Below, piece after piece: positions 37,621 to 51,092 of a stretch of 64,000 nt of DNA. Source of the DNA: Marsupella aquatica (lineage: Eukaryota > Plantae > Marchantiophyta); assembly GCA_973895155.1 (NCBI GenBank), contig OZ316893.1, forward strand, positions 12,292,359-12,356,358. The letters are read 5' to 3'. The notes under the pieces are model-generated. The model was given only the letters and a program-made list of their open reading frames with translations. It was not told the origin of the DNA and ran no database searches. The number at the start of each line of letters is the position of its first letter. Position 1 is the first letter of the stretch. Position numbers and translations under genes: made by a program.

Positions 37621-38359
37621 AATATGTTATAACATATGGAATCCATCCAAAAAGTTCATGACCGTCATATGCTTACAAATATAGAGGGATTAAAATCCAG
37701 CTATCAAATTCATTCTAGACTTTTTTTGCTCGTCATTGTATTATGCGCATTTGGGTGCCCAGGGGGCTATTAGCTAGGGAAGAGAGCTATGTACAATAGA
37801 CTACTAGGGGATGTGGTAAGTATGTAAGTATGTAAAAGTGGTACTACAATACCTACATGCTCTTATTGTAAAGGAGACACATATAAAGCATCCGTGAAAG
37901 GTTTGTGATGGGTAAAAAGAGATGTAATTTCATTGGTTCAAGTTTATTTTTTATATTTACTCAGTATGTTTTTCTTTTTTTAATAGTGTTAGAGGGATAG
38001 GGTGATGTAGTCTTTGGTTTCTCTTTTCCAGTCAAATTCATGGGACCAAGTTGAACCACCCCCTCCGGCCTTAGATGTTTTCTAAGGTGAGGTGGACATT
38101 TCTTTTTTCATTTGCGAGTGTAGGCAAATTGTTGTGACAAGGTGTTCAACCTGACCCAATGTTTATTTTTGGCCCTCATCTAAAATTTACTTTTTTGGTC
38201 GCCAATGATATTTTCTTTGCATCACCTGATAAATTTTTTATGCAAATGTTTATTTTTGGCCCTCATATAAAGTTTGCATTTGGTCTCCCATTTTATTTTC
38301 TTTGTACCACCTGATAAAGTTTTTATGCAAATGTTTATGGCCCTCATTTAAAATCTCAA

Positions 38360-38684
38360 TGGGGGGGGGGGGGGGTCACTATATGGAGGGTCATACATCA
38401 CGTGCGACGTTTTAGGGTTTGACCCCCTAACTTATAAGTGAAATTTTATTTTGCAAAACCCTTTCTTTCTTTAAATTTTGACTTTTTATTAAAAAACCTC
38501 TAAAAAATTTAAATAAAGTAATTTTTTTAATTAAATAGACCAATGTGTTCTTTAAAGTCAACCAGTCAATAAAACATGCCCTATGTGTTCTTCTACCAAA
38601 CTTTGGAAATCTTTCGCCACACCCATTTAAATGGGCCTATACTTTATCGCACGTGATGTGCCACTTCCGTGGAAGTGACCCCCC
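38360..38684. mobile_element. MITE with G-rich TIRs, inserted in a degenerate tandem repeat (about 38150-38830)
   Basis: GGGGTCACT...CATCACGTGCGA is inverted at TCGCACGTGATG...AGTGACCCCC. The ATGTTTATTTTTGGCCCTCAT repeat continues on both sides. Confidence 0.7.
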
Positions 38685-39193
38685 TAGTTTAAAATTACAT
38701 TTTTGTCTCCCATTTTATTTTCTTTGCATCACCCCATAATGTTTTTATGCAAATGTTTATTTATGGCCCTCATGTACAATATACATTTTTTTGTCTCTGA
38801 TTTCATTTTCTTTGCAACACCTGATAAGTTTTTTGTTTGCATAAATCATTGACATTGTATATCTTTTACTCAATTCAACATCTTTTCTCATTTCAACATC
38901 TTTTGCGGAACTCACAGGCATTGGGCTAATAATAAGGCGCTATAAAACTTCTCACTGGCCTTGAGATTAGTCACCTGGCTTGCAAAGTACACCAGAGTGT
39001 AAAACCACAAATCCTTCTTCCACTCCTTCCCTTTGGGTACTCAGTCTGGTCGATGACAAGGGCCTCAACGGTCCTCAACAGTCGGAAAGGATCTACTGTG
39101 GTTACGGTCGCAGTTTGTCTAACCAGGGTGCTTCAGCTGCATTAGGCATGTTGGTACTCCTTTATATGTGTTTACACATTTTGGTGGTGCTTA

Positions 39194-39345
39194 GAGCATC
39201 TCCAATCCAATGGGGTTTTGCTTACTGGGTACATTAAATACCCAGTCTCATAGCATCCTATATTTAGTTCACTGTATTTATTTAGGGGCCAAATAATTGA
39301 AAAGCATCCCCAACCTTGAGGGGGTAATCTTCCCTAAACAATAGG
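39194..39345. mobile_element. Tourist-type (PIF/Harbinger) MITE, partial
   Basis: TTA followed by GAGCATCTCCAA. Inverted homology to about 62320-62566. Confidence 0.6.
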
Positions 39346-39404
39346 TATCAAGATCTGAGAGCAGTGGATCCAGATCTTGAAAACCCAGCAACAAGAAAGG
39401 AGTC

Positions 39405-39714
39405 TTGGCTAGGGGATTTGCCTGGAACTGAGAGGTCCCAGGTTCAATCCCCCCTCCACACACTGGGGTGTGGAGGGTATTTGTGTGTGGGTGGGATGGG
39501 TTTTGTGGGTAGTGGATTGGAGTTCTGATTATCTGCTCGGCCCCTGGTCGTCCACTTTGTGGCCCTGATTTAATCCTCTCTCCTTCCTGGTGCGGGTCCC
39601 TGTCGGATCCGTTGGGGCTCACCCTGGTCTGGGTTCCCTACAGAAAAACTGTCACATTGGGATGGGGGGAGTCTAATTGTATTTCCTCCCCATTTCCGTT
39701 CAAGACAAAAAAAA
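39405..39714 (+). mobile_element. tRNA-derived SINE
   Basis: B-box GGTTCAATCC at 39442, a degenerate A-box (TGGCTAGGGG), a poly-A tail from about 39707, and a 9-bp TSD AAAGGAGTC at 39396-39404 and 39715-39723. Confidence 0.75.
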
Positions 39715-41264
39715 AAAGGAGTCAATCAACTATTATATAACTTCACATATACAGATCCACTAACTAGAAAACCTCATTAGTGAAATCTTATTATAAAATC
39801 GCAAACAAAGTCTACTCTTATTTTAAGGACCTAGGGTCTAGAGTGAAGCCTCTAGACCATAACCCTTAATACAAACAAAAGTGATCATGAGTCTCAATAA
39901 AAAAAACTTTTAATGAGGAAGGACAAAAATGAGATTGATTCCAAATAAAGAAAAAAAATGAAACAAAGGTGGACAAAAACAAGGATGGACCAAAGATTAA
40001 CTGAAATAGCATAGAAATTATATTATGCAAGATTGTTTTTCTTCATATCTATTTAAAATTATTTTTATTCATATCTATTTACTTTCAAGGGGGCTAGTCC
40101 AAATAACGTTACAGGTTACACTGGGTGGGTTAGACCTGACTTTTTAGATTTTCTTTACTGGGTCAGCACCAGTGTTTTTTTAGTGGCAAAAAATGGCCAA
40201 ATTCCACCTCCCCAAAATTCTTTGGCCACTTTTGGCCAAAATTGCCTACTATTTTTCGGTTTCATTAGGCAGTTTTCCACCTAATTTCATGCCCCATCAG
40301 CCAGAATCTAACAGTCATCCTTAAAGCCTTAAATCTAGGAAGATCTACAATCTGACCGTCAGGGAATTAATTGAGTAAAGAATCTTCTGAGCATCTTCTC
40401 CTTCCCACATTGTACATTGGCCACTCTGGGTACAAAGTAAAATCTTCAAAAAAATACGCTGGTCAACACCCAGGTACACGAGCAAAACTTGGGTTGGAGA
40501 TGCTCTTACTAGGATATACAGTCTTACATTTTACAGCGGCTTGGTATGATGATTGTCTCCTGAGTCTCCGTCTCTCTGGAGGGTACCGGTACGACTCTAC
40601 TTGCTCGAGTCGTCTTTCTATCGACCAGTCTCAATGCGTCGTCGGTCTCCCCTCCCTCTTTTTCGTTCCTTTTCTTCGTCATCGTTGGGTTGGAAGCTGA
40701 GGTTCCACTGGGTGTTTTGTTTGCGTTGTGCTTGTTTCTCTTCTCTTGCCATGTCGTCTCTTCTCTTCTCTTCTCTTCTCTTCTCTTCTGCTCTGCTCTG
40801 CTCTGCTCGGCTCGGCTCTACTTTTGCTTGTGCTTGCCTGAGGGTACGATGGCTTTCGTTTAGTTTTGCGTCGGTGCGTTCTTCCTCTATGTAGCTGCAA
40901 AGGTGGATCATCGACGGTGGGGCGCTGGCGATTTGAGGTCGTGATTTGGGTGGGAGCAAGGTTTGTGGTGAGAAGGGGATTTCAATGGCGTGCCAACGTG
41001 AGTACTTGATTTCGTCGCAAGAACAGAAGGAAGGGAGGAAGGCACGGGCACACGGGTCGTTGGACAGAGGGGCAGAGGACTTTGTGTTCCGTATGTGGCT
41101 CCGGGTGGACAGCGTGGATTTTTGCTGAGACAGGAGGAGGAAATGGTATCTGTCACCGGTTCTCGAGTTAGGTTTCTCGCACTTCGGTGAACTGAGTTTT
41201 TCAGTTCGGACCATATTTTTGGGAAGATTTTCCTCGCAGTGGTGGATTAATAGATAGTGGGACC

Positions 41265-42557
41265 ATGGGACCGAGCCGACAGGTTTTGGGCGAGGAGAAT
41301 CAGGGGAGAGAGGTGGCACAGGTCGATTGGGATTTCCTGCCAGAGGACTTACTTGCGCGGGTTCTGTCTCGGCTGCCATTTTCGAGTCTCATTAGGTCAC
41401 GCTGCGTGTGTAAGAAGTGGAACGAGCTCAACTTCTCATCGGATTTCACCTTCTCCGGAAACCTCGCCTCGAAATGTGTTCCGATATATTATTTTGAGGG
41501 CCCACTGCGGGTGTACAATTCCGGGACGAATACTTGGGAGAAGCACTCTCTTGCATTTCTCGGCGTTCCACTAGACTCCCTAGCCCTGCTGGTCTCTGCC
41601 GGAGGGCTGTTGTGCTTCAAAAACAGAGTTTCTGGAGAGTTTATAGTATGCAATCCTATCACCAAACGGTGGAGAGTGCTCCAATTGCCTCAGGGATTCG
41701 ATCATGTGGATATTAGACCTCCTATGGGAGAAATATGGGCCAGAACACCCCCTGTACTCGAATTCAGAAGACTGCAGCAGCAGAGGAATAGAGAAACCTC
41801 AAGGGCGTACAAGCATGCCATGAATTCTTACCTGCAAGCATTTGGCAGGGAGGTCATTGTTGCCTTGTTGCCCCAGAAGCATGACAAAAGCTTTAAGTTG
41901 CTGGTAGCAGGAATTTCCGATGGGTCCAAGAGAACAACGTTGACTTTTGACTCCCTCACAGATAGGTGGACCGTTGGCAGTGAAGTGCCCCGTGGGGTAA
42001 GATTTTGGGAATCCGGTAAGACACTCTACTGCAATGGGTATTTGTATTGTATCACCTGGAGCTATGGTCTTCCTAAGGGCGTCTGTGATTTGGAGTCCCC
42101 TTGGAGCGTTGTAAGGTACAATGCGGTGAATGGCAGTTGGAGCGAGTACCCTCTTAGTTCGATAGGTAATATTCTGCCGCAGCTTGTAGAGCACCGTGGA
42201 AGAGGCTTTGTGGTGCAGAGAAGGTTCAATCATGACAAAGTTGAGATCTCTTTTGCCGAGCTTAAAGAAGGAGAACCAATGACTTTGGTGATGTTCAAAC
42301 ACTGGCCGCTGGATCTTTTCCCGCTCTACCCGGATGATAACCCGAGGGATGTGAAGGGGGATTGGTGCGTCGGACAGGGAGATTGCTTCTACTTAGCTCG
42401 TGGACATGGTCACTACATCGAAAGTCAGAGCTTACCAGTGCTTGCTTACGACTTGACCGTGGACACCTGGACCAAGCTTCCCACTCTGCGTGATGATTTT
42501 CAACCAAGCCCCCTCTGGCTCCGGACATTTGTGGCGTCCATTACTGCCGCAGTGTAG
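41265..42557 (+). CDS. F-box protein with a C-terminal beta-propeller (kelch/FBA-like); intronless CDS
   Basis: WDFLPEDLLARVLSRLPFSSLIRSRCVCKKWN is an F-box. SAGGLLCF...FIVCNPITKRWRVL is typical of plant F-box/kelch-like proteins. Intact 430-aa ORF. Confidence 0.92.
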   Translation: MGPSRQVLGEENQGREVAQVDWDFLPEDLLARVLSRLPFSSLIRSRCVCKKWNELNFSSDFTFSGNLASKCVPIYYFEGPLRVYNSGTNTWEKHSLAFLGVPLDSLALLVSAGGLLCFKNRVSGEFIVCNPITKRWRVLQLPQGFDHVDIRPPMGEIWARTPPVLEFRRLQQQRNRETSRAYKHAMNSYLQAFGREVIVALLPQKHDKSFKLLVAGISDGSKRTTLTFDSLTDRWTVGSEVPRGVRFWESGKTLYCNGYLYCITWSYGLPKGVCDLESPWSVVRYNAVNGSWSEYPLSSIGNILPQLVEHRGRGFVVQRRFNHDKVEISFAELKEGEPMTLVMFKHWPLDLFPLYPDDNPRDVKGDWCVGQGDCFYLARGHGHYIESQSLPVLAYDLTVDTWTKLPTLRDDFQPSPLWLRTFVASITAAV

Positions 42558-44407
42558 ATCGAAAGAGCAAGTGAGCTACTGATTTTACACGCACGAATGT
42601 TTGAGTATTTTACTGCAACCCACCAGGTTGGTTCAGGAAGCAAGTTGAAGGAATGTAAGCATATGTACAGATAAGCCTATCTTAGTTAACAGTTTCGAGA
42701 CTACACTATTTCGAGTCATTTTCTGGAGTGTCCAAGGACGGGGATTGCTATTGATCAATGAAAGTTGCAGTCCGACATAGGGAATATTGAATTGAGTTGC
42801 TGTACAAAGCTCTTGTAATATATTGAGAGAGAGAAACTGAGTTGCTGTAAAAGTGTTTGTAATATTGAGAGAGATAAAGTGAGTTGCTGTACGTAAGTAG
42901 AGTATCAAACTGAAAGAATGTGAAAAACTTACACTCATTTGGCAAAATCATATATGGGCAATGTCAATATAGTGTATGCTAATCATTCAATCGAGAAGCA
43001 CCAATGCATCACCCTCAAAGAGGAAGAATTGTTCTTCAAAAGAATTGTTCTTCAAATTACACTTCCAATGACAGTTTCTATCCTCAAATCTTGTCCTGGC
43101 TTAGTTCACAATAGAATCTGAACTGTCCACAGATCACCGTCATGATGCCTTCACACAGAATTTCACTCGCCGTATGAAAGCTGACTGGAGATTCGGAGGA
43201 GACCTAACTTCAGAGGAAATCTGTTGAACAAGAGTGAGTAATCAGTCATCGTTGCTGAGTAATTACCAGACTGAAGAACATGTTTTAGGAATCAATATAA
43301 TAGACGTTTATAGTGGTTACTAATTGACGATGATCGAGAATTTACGTTGGTTACGGAATTGAGCATGTCACATTCGGTTACGTAGTCTGGAACTTCTTGC
43401 GTGTACACCTACGCAATGTCTGTAAACTGATTTATCGTCCTACTAATTTATCGTGGCTGTCCAAAGAAACGACGTCTTTTCTTGTGATCCAAGGCAAGGT
43501 TCATTCTCCAGGAATAGATGGGAATCAAACTTTTACCGAAATGTTCCATACTGACTGCTGGGTGATCAAGTTCCAACAGTTTTGTGTTCAATGAGTAAAT
43601 AAAATATGTTGTGCTGAAAATTCTTTGGTGTGATCTGTGAAGTTCAAGTTACCTAGGGACTAAAGTAGGGAATTTTTGGACATCTTCAACACTTAACCGA
43701 TATACTCAATCAGTTTTTCACAAACTCTAATCTACGCTTGGCCATGTCTTTAGTCATTTGTTTGGCGAAGCATCATACTTTTACCAAGTGTGACTTATTT
43801 GCAAAAAAGCCACTTACACTAGCTTAGTTTTGGTTCTAACTTTCCTTCTAACTTTGCTCTACCTAAAGAAAAGCACTTAATTGAACATTACAATCTCAAT
43901 TGTGAAAAAATGAATTTTGAGAATATAAGATTTTAGGGTTTGATGTCCAAACAATCCAAACTTTTGTCACTATTTTGCTTGAATTTCAAAGATCACACCA
44001 ACAATTTTCAACCAAACAGAGTTCGTTTTGTGATTCAAAATTAAATCTTGGATATGATAGAAAAAAATAGCATTATGCAGATTTAGTGTCCCCCCCAGTC
44101 AAGCAAGGACGCCCTATGTTGTGGAGGTGGACTGGACATTAGGGAGTGTCAAAGTTCGCCCATAACACTTTGGTTACGACTTTATTTTTTTGGATGTACC
44201 ACCCGTATGGGGTATGTATTTTGGTAACGTATAATGATTATGTCCTGACAGTAAATGCATTCTATGTCCTGAGCCGTAACTCAGGTACAAATGTGCTTTG
44301 ACACACCCTATTAACTCTTGTGTATTGATTTGCAGAGTTTCAAATGACCTGCCATTGGAAGGGCTGGGTCAAAGTCCTAACAGAACACATCTTTGGTGTC
44401 CATGAAG

Positions 44408-44591
44408 ATGCAAGAGGGGGGCAGTAAGTCATTGTTTGGCTAAAAAGGCTGGTAATCTTGCACCATGGTAACATCATGAGTAATCTTTATGAGAAACTAT
44501 TCATGCAAGAGGGGGGTGGTAAGTCCTTGTTTGGCTAAAAACGCTGGTTATCTTGCACCATGGTAAAATCATGAGTAATCTTTATGAGAAA
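44408..44591. repeat. About 95-bp tandem duplication
   Basis: ATGCAAGAGGGGGG...TGTTTGGCTAAAAA...TCTTGCACCATGGTAA.ATCATGAGTAATCTTTATGAGAAA occurs twice. Confidence 0.9.
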
Positions 44592-45399
44592 GGACCAGAC
44601 AAAGTAAAGATTCTATCTAGGGTCTTAATAATCGCACATAAAATTAGTCAGCCAGATTATATTCAGAGTAAGATTTACCAATTTAAATAAAATATTGGGT
44701 TAATCATGGTACTAAGTGCTATAATATATTGTCACATTAGCAAAAACTGAGATTTACTAGATTGTCACTCTTTTTTGACATATTACATACCTGGCCATTG
44801 AGTTTTTTCTATATTGAGGGTTTGATGGCTCGAGCTTCATCGAATACCTTCCTCTCCCTTGCTATTGAATGAGATATTTAGGTGTCTTCATCATCAGTTT
44901 TTGAAGGGCTTTTTCAACAGACTGCTCGTGATATTCATAGATGGATGGGGCCCTACAGATAAATGACCAAAATAATAGTACTGGGAATTGTACAAAAAGC
45001 GAAACAAAACACAACAAAAATATCAATAGGACAAGATAATATGAGTAGTCTCATTTACCAAGGTAACACCAGAGTAGGATTGATGGCCTTGTCAAACTCA
45101 TTGACTTTAAATTTATTAAAGTCTTAATCTTTGATTGACGGCCTATTTGGAAGCTCTTTGTCTTGTAATTAATTAAAGCATTGACCCTGGATTGACAGAC
45201 TCTTTCAAAGCTCTATTCTAAACTATAAAACAAGGTTGCGCCTTTTTATGCAGTGCTCGTCATTCAAATTTGGAGTGGCTTTTAGGGTGAAAAAAACAGA
45301 AACTGCAAAAAGTGGGAGGAATAAAGAACAAATGAATTATATTTGGTGTGAACGAAAAAGTGAATGCAGGCTTCCCTAAGCTAGAAGGAAAAAAGACAA

Positions 45400-46700
45400 A
45401 ATCTTCTCTTTACCATCCATGTATAGAAATTAAGTGCTCTTCCCTCTACTATATATCCATGCTAGCTCTTAACTCCTTCTACCATCCATGCATTACCATG
45501 CTCCTCCCTCTACCATCCATGCTATACAACCTCATCTATTACGCATTTACATTTTTTGACAAACAACATCTTTTAGTAAATTACATGTTTTGCGTAATGA
45601 TATCTTTTACTTAACCACATCTTTTGAGTAACCACATATTTCACTTGACAGCATCTTTTGCGCAATGTTGTCTTTTACTTAACAACATCTTTTACTTAAT
45701 GACATATTTTCCTAACAACATCTTTTACTTAACAACATTTATTGCGCAACAGCATCTTTTACTTAATGACATCTTTTGAGAAACCACATATTTACTTAAC
45801 AACGTCTTTTACTTAACTACATCTTTTACTTAACATGTCTTTTGCACAATGACATATTTATTAGCGACATCTTTTGGACAATCACATATTTTACTTAACA
45901 ACACCTTTTGCATAACATCTTTTACTTAAGGACATCTTTAATGCAACGACATGTTTACACAACAACATCTTCTGTGAATCTGACCTCAAGATCTTTTCTC
46001 ATCTTGACATGTTTTCCTCACCTCGAGATCTTTTCTCACCTTACCATCTTTATCTCACCATAACATCATTCCCTCACCCTCAACATCTTTTCTCTCCTCA
46101 ACATTTTTTCCTCATCTTGACATATTTTTCTCAACTCACCATCTTTTCTCTCCTTGACATCTTTTTCTCACCTTGGAATATAATTCTCTCATTCACATCT
46201 TTTTTCACCACAACATCTTTTCCTCACCACGCCATCTTTTGTGCAACTTTTGTATTAACAACAATCATCTTTTCTCTGAAAGACATCTTGGGCGCCATTA
46301 CATTTTGGACAACATGACATCTCTTTTCTTAAGGACATCTTGGGTGCCAAGGCATCTTTTTTCTTAACGATATCTTGGTTGACACTCTATTTCTTTTCTC
46401 AATGACACCTTGGACGACATGATATTTTTTTCCTTAAGGACATCTTGGGCAACATGACATCTTTTATTTCACGATATCTTGGGTTTTCTTAACAATATCT
46501 TGGGCATGATCTTGGGCAACACCACATCTTTTTTTTCCTTAACGGCACCTTGGGCGACACAACATCTTTTTTTCTTAACAATATTTTAGGTCACACAACA
46601 TCTTTTTCGTAACGACATCTTTTTTTCTTAGCAACATCTTGGGCAACACATCTTTTTTCTTCACGCCATCTTTTTGTGCAACGCATGCGTATTGAGCTAG
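45400..46700 (+). mobile_element. Non-autonomous Helitron-like element made mostly of minisatellite
   Basis: Dozens of ACATCTTTT-core units. The 3' end TGTGCAACGCATGCGTATTGAGCTAG-T is a hairpin followed by CTAG-T. The 5' boundary is approximate. Confidence 0.65.
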
Positions 46701-46709
46701 TGTCCTATA

Positions 46710-47480
46710 ATTACTTAAAGCATTGACCCTACTCTAGTCACCCTTAATTATAGTCTTGACCCAGGACTCACTACCTGACTTTCAAAGGTCCCTAGGTGAC
46801 TTGGTACCTCTTCCCACGGGTGAGACAAAGAAATGCTACAGGGATAATGTGAGCCTCTCCCCCCTCAATTTTAACTAGTCAACCGCTTCAAGGGGCCAAC
46901 ACTTGGTGAGGTCATGACCAGTGAGGAGAGGGCAGAGGTACCAAGTGGCCTCAGACTTTTATTCTTGCTTTGAGTTGGTTCAGAAAATAATCTTCTCCCT
47001 CAAGTATTTTCAACATGCATGTAAATCCTTTTGATATGGAAACACTACAAGACAAGCTATTTACTTTCTTTTGGGGGACCTAGGTGACACCAAAACAATG
47101 TACACAAGATTAAAGGCCTTGTCAAACTCCTTGTCTTAGCAATTAATTAAAGTGTTGACCTTATTGACCTCGTGACCCAGGACAGACTGCCTGACTTCAA
47201 AAGCTCCTAGGTGACTTGGTACCTCTTCCCATGGGGTGAGACAAATATGATGTCATTCTCGCCCCTTTCAAGGATTGAAATGGGGCCACCACTTTTGTAT
47301 GGGCATGACCAGTGAGGAGAGGGCACATGTACCAAGTGGTCCAAAACGAATTTAGGCTTACTCTAAGGAGGTGCCCAAAAAATTGAATCTCAACTCTCAG
47401 AAGGAATGATCAATTATTCTTCTCAACATGGGAATCAAAATGAAGGGTAAACACTACAACACAAGTCATTTTGGGGGATC
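46710..47480. repeat. About 420-bp diverged direct duplication with an internal inverted repeat
   Basis: GACCCAGGAC...CCTAGGTGACTTGGTACCTCTTCCCA...CATGACCAGTGAGGAGAGGGCA...GTACCAAGTGG...AACACTACAA at about 46758 and 47175. A related piece lies at 45085-45215. Confidence 0.8.
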
Positions 47481-47639
47481 CTCCAACGTTTAGGTTACTT
47501 AAAGAATATTTGTTTGCTCATTTATCTATGTACAATGCTTTGTCCGGCCCCCTTCATACCTTATTCAGACTGTTTTGCCCACTCCCTTGTTTTTGTCATT
47601 GCTCCCATCCTTTGACACCAGTGTGATGGGGACCTTTGG

Positions 47640-49030
47640 ATACCTTATTGGCCCTAGAGCCCTTGACGGAGAAGATGGTTCTTTTGCCGCTCGGTAGGCT
47701 GCCCTGCCGCCTTCTGGCGGTGGCATGGGTATTTCCTCAGCTGTTTCTACTGCCCCTTGCGCATGCCTTGGGAGTTGGGCGCCCTTGCTTCTCGTTTCAT
47801 TATGGATCTCCAGCCCATCCTCTTTGACCATGTCATGGGGGTTGAGGAGGGAGTCCTCCCTTTCCAGGTTTGCCTTCAATTTGCCACACCCGTTCTCTCT
47901 TGCCCGAGGTTGTACAAGCTGTTGTTCCTCATTTTATGGAGGTGGTTCTTGACAGTCCGGATTGTGTCCAGCAGGTGATTTTCGATCGCATGCACCATCA
48001 CACCCTTTCCAGTATGCTCTTGGATGCACCTTCCGACTTGGTTCGAGCTCGCCTCCTCTCTTGTGCAGGAACGGGTTTTGGAGCTTGGTTGTCTGCTAGT
48101 CCTTTGTGGGCCCCCTGTCGTATGAGCTCCTTTCTCTTTACCACTTCACTACCACTTAGGTTGAGACCAACTCACGTGTGTTTGTGGGGCATCGTTGGAT
48201 TTGTTGGGAGTTCGTATTCTCAGGTGTGGCCATGGGAGTGAGAGGACTGCCACCCATGATGACATTTGGGACGTGGTGGCTGCCATTGCCCGGGACTCTG
48301 GTTACCATGTTGCCATGGAGCAACGACAAGTTCGTCCCCCTCGGGATGGTCTTCCTGACCAGCGGCGTGCGGATCTGGTCTTTTCTAGGGCTGGGGTTCG
48401 TGCTCTTGGGGATGTGGTTGTTGCTGATCCTACTGGGGGGAGGCATGTCGCGGTTGCCGCCCATGTGCCTGGCCATGCTGCTGCCAAGGCAGCTTGGCTC
48501 AAGGAGGAGGCCTATGCAGTTCGCTACCCGGGAGATCTTTTCTACCCGTTTGCCCTTGAAGTTTTTGATGCTCTCCACCCTACCTTCGACCAGTTCTTAC
48601 GGGCCTGTGCAGTTTTTTGTATTGAGCAGAGGCCTTTCCCCCCTGTTTCCGTCCTCACTGCCTTTTTCGGCAATGGGTGTCTATGGCTCGTCAGCCTGCC
48701 CAGGCTTTCACCCTCCTTTGTAGGGCTGAGGCAGTTCCCTAGGCCCAGTTGGTTTTAGGGCTTCCCGGCAGGTTCCGCTTCATGACCCTCCTATGCGGTT
48801 TACTATGGAGCTCTACCAATTTTCAGTTCTTCACTTAGCCTTCACGGCTCCTTTGCAGCTTCCTTTTTTGGCCCTTGCTTCCTCGTTGGCATTTGGTTGG
48901 GGTCCCCTTGGCTTGTTTTTCTTGGGGCCCTTTCCACTCTTTTACTTTCCTTCATTGGGTTGCTTTGCCTTTGGGATCATGTCTCCAGGTTAGGCATTTT
49001 TTGCCCTTGGGCACTCTGATATATATACAA
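47640..49030 (+). mobile_element. 5'-truncated, decayed non-LTR retrotransposon with restriction-like endonuclease (CRE-clade-like)
   Basis: Frameshifted pieces: AALPPSGGGMGI (end of RT/thumb), RARLLSCAGTGFGAWL, a CCHC remnant, THDDIWD (RHD motif), RRADL...GDVVVADP (PD..D), KAAWLKEEAY and FYPFALEVF. It ends in a short (AT)n run at about 49019-49027. Confidence 0.75.
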
Positions 49031-49559
49031 TAGCACTAAAAGCTTTTTATTACCTTTTGGGGAATGTGTTTAAAGTTGGCCCTTTCTGCGAGGTGTCCCA
49101 AGCTCACTAGGACAGATTTGGGGTCCAGGTGTCCCCAAGCACTAAAATAGAGTTAGGGTCCATCAAGACCTAGATGTTAGATTTCCATCAAGACCTGGAT
49201 GTAGGTCCGTTTGGCTTGTTCGGCCCCTGTGCTTTTTATCCCTTGATTGGGTTGGGTCCAACAAGTCCTGAATCTAGATTTCCATCAAGACCTGGATGTA
49301 GGTCCGTTTGGCTTTTTGGCCCTGTGTTTTTTCTCCCTTGATTGCGTTTCTTGCTGAGGGCTTTTGTCTCCCAGTTGGGTACTTTTTGGTTTTTGGCAGT
49401 ATGATATATACCTATGATTTGGGGTCCATCAAGACCTGGAGATGCTTGAGGGGCACGTTAGGAGACTCTTTGTAACATTCTCCAAGCTTTCACAAAAGCT
49501 TTAGCTTTTCGCACGTCGAGGACATCCGTCTTCCTTCCAGTGATGCTGCATTGCAGTAG

Positions 49560-51092
<1,533 letters not shown>

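Noticed and set aside
39405-39460. tRNA gene
   Set aside because: Only a B-box and a partial A-box are present, with no full cloverleaf. The poly-A tail and TSD indicate a SINE.
40618-41379. 253-aa minus-strand ORF
   Set aside because: Antisense to the F-box leader and start, partly built from microsatellite, with no domain.
45560-46690. Repeat-spacer-like ACATCTTTT array
   Set aside because: The sequences between cores are related to each other. This is a degenerate minisatellite.
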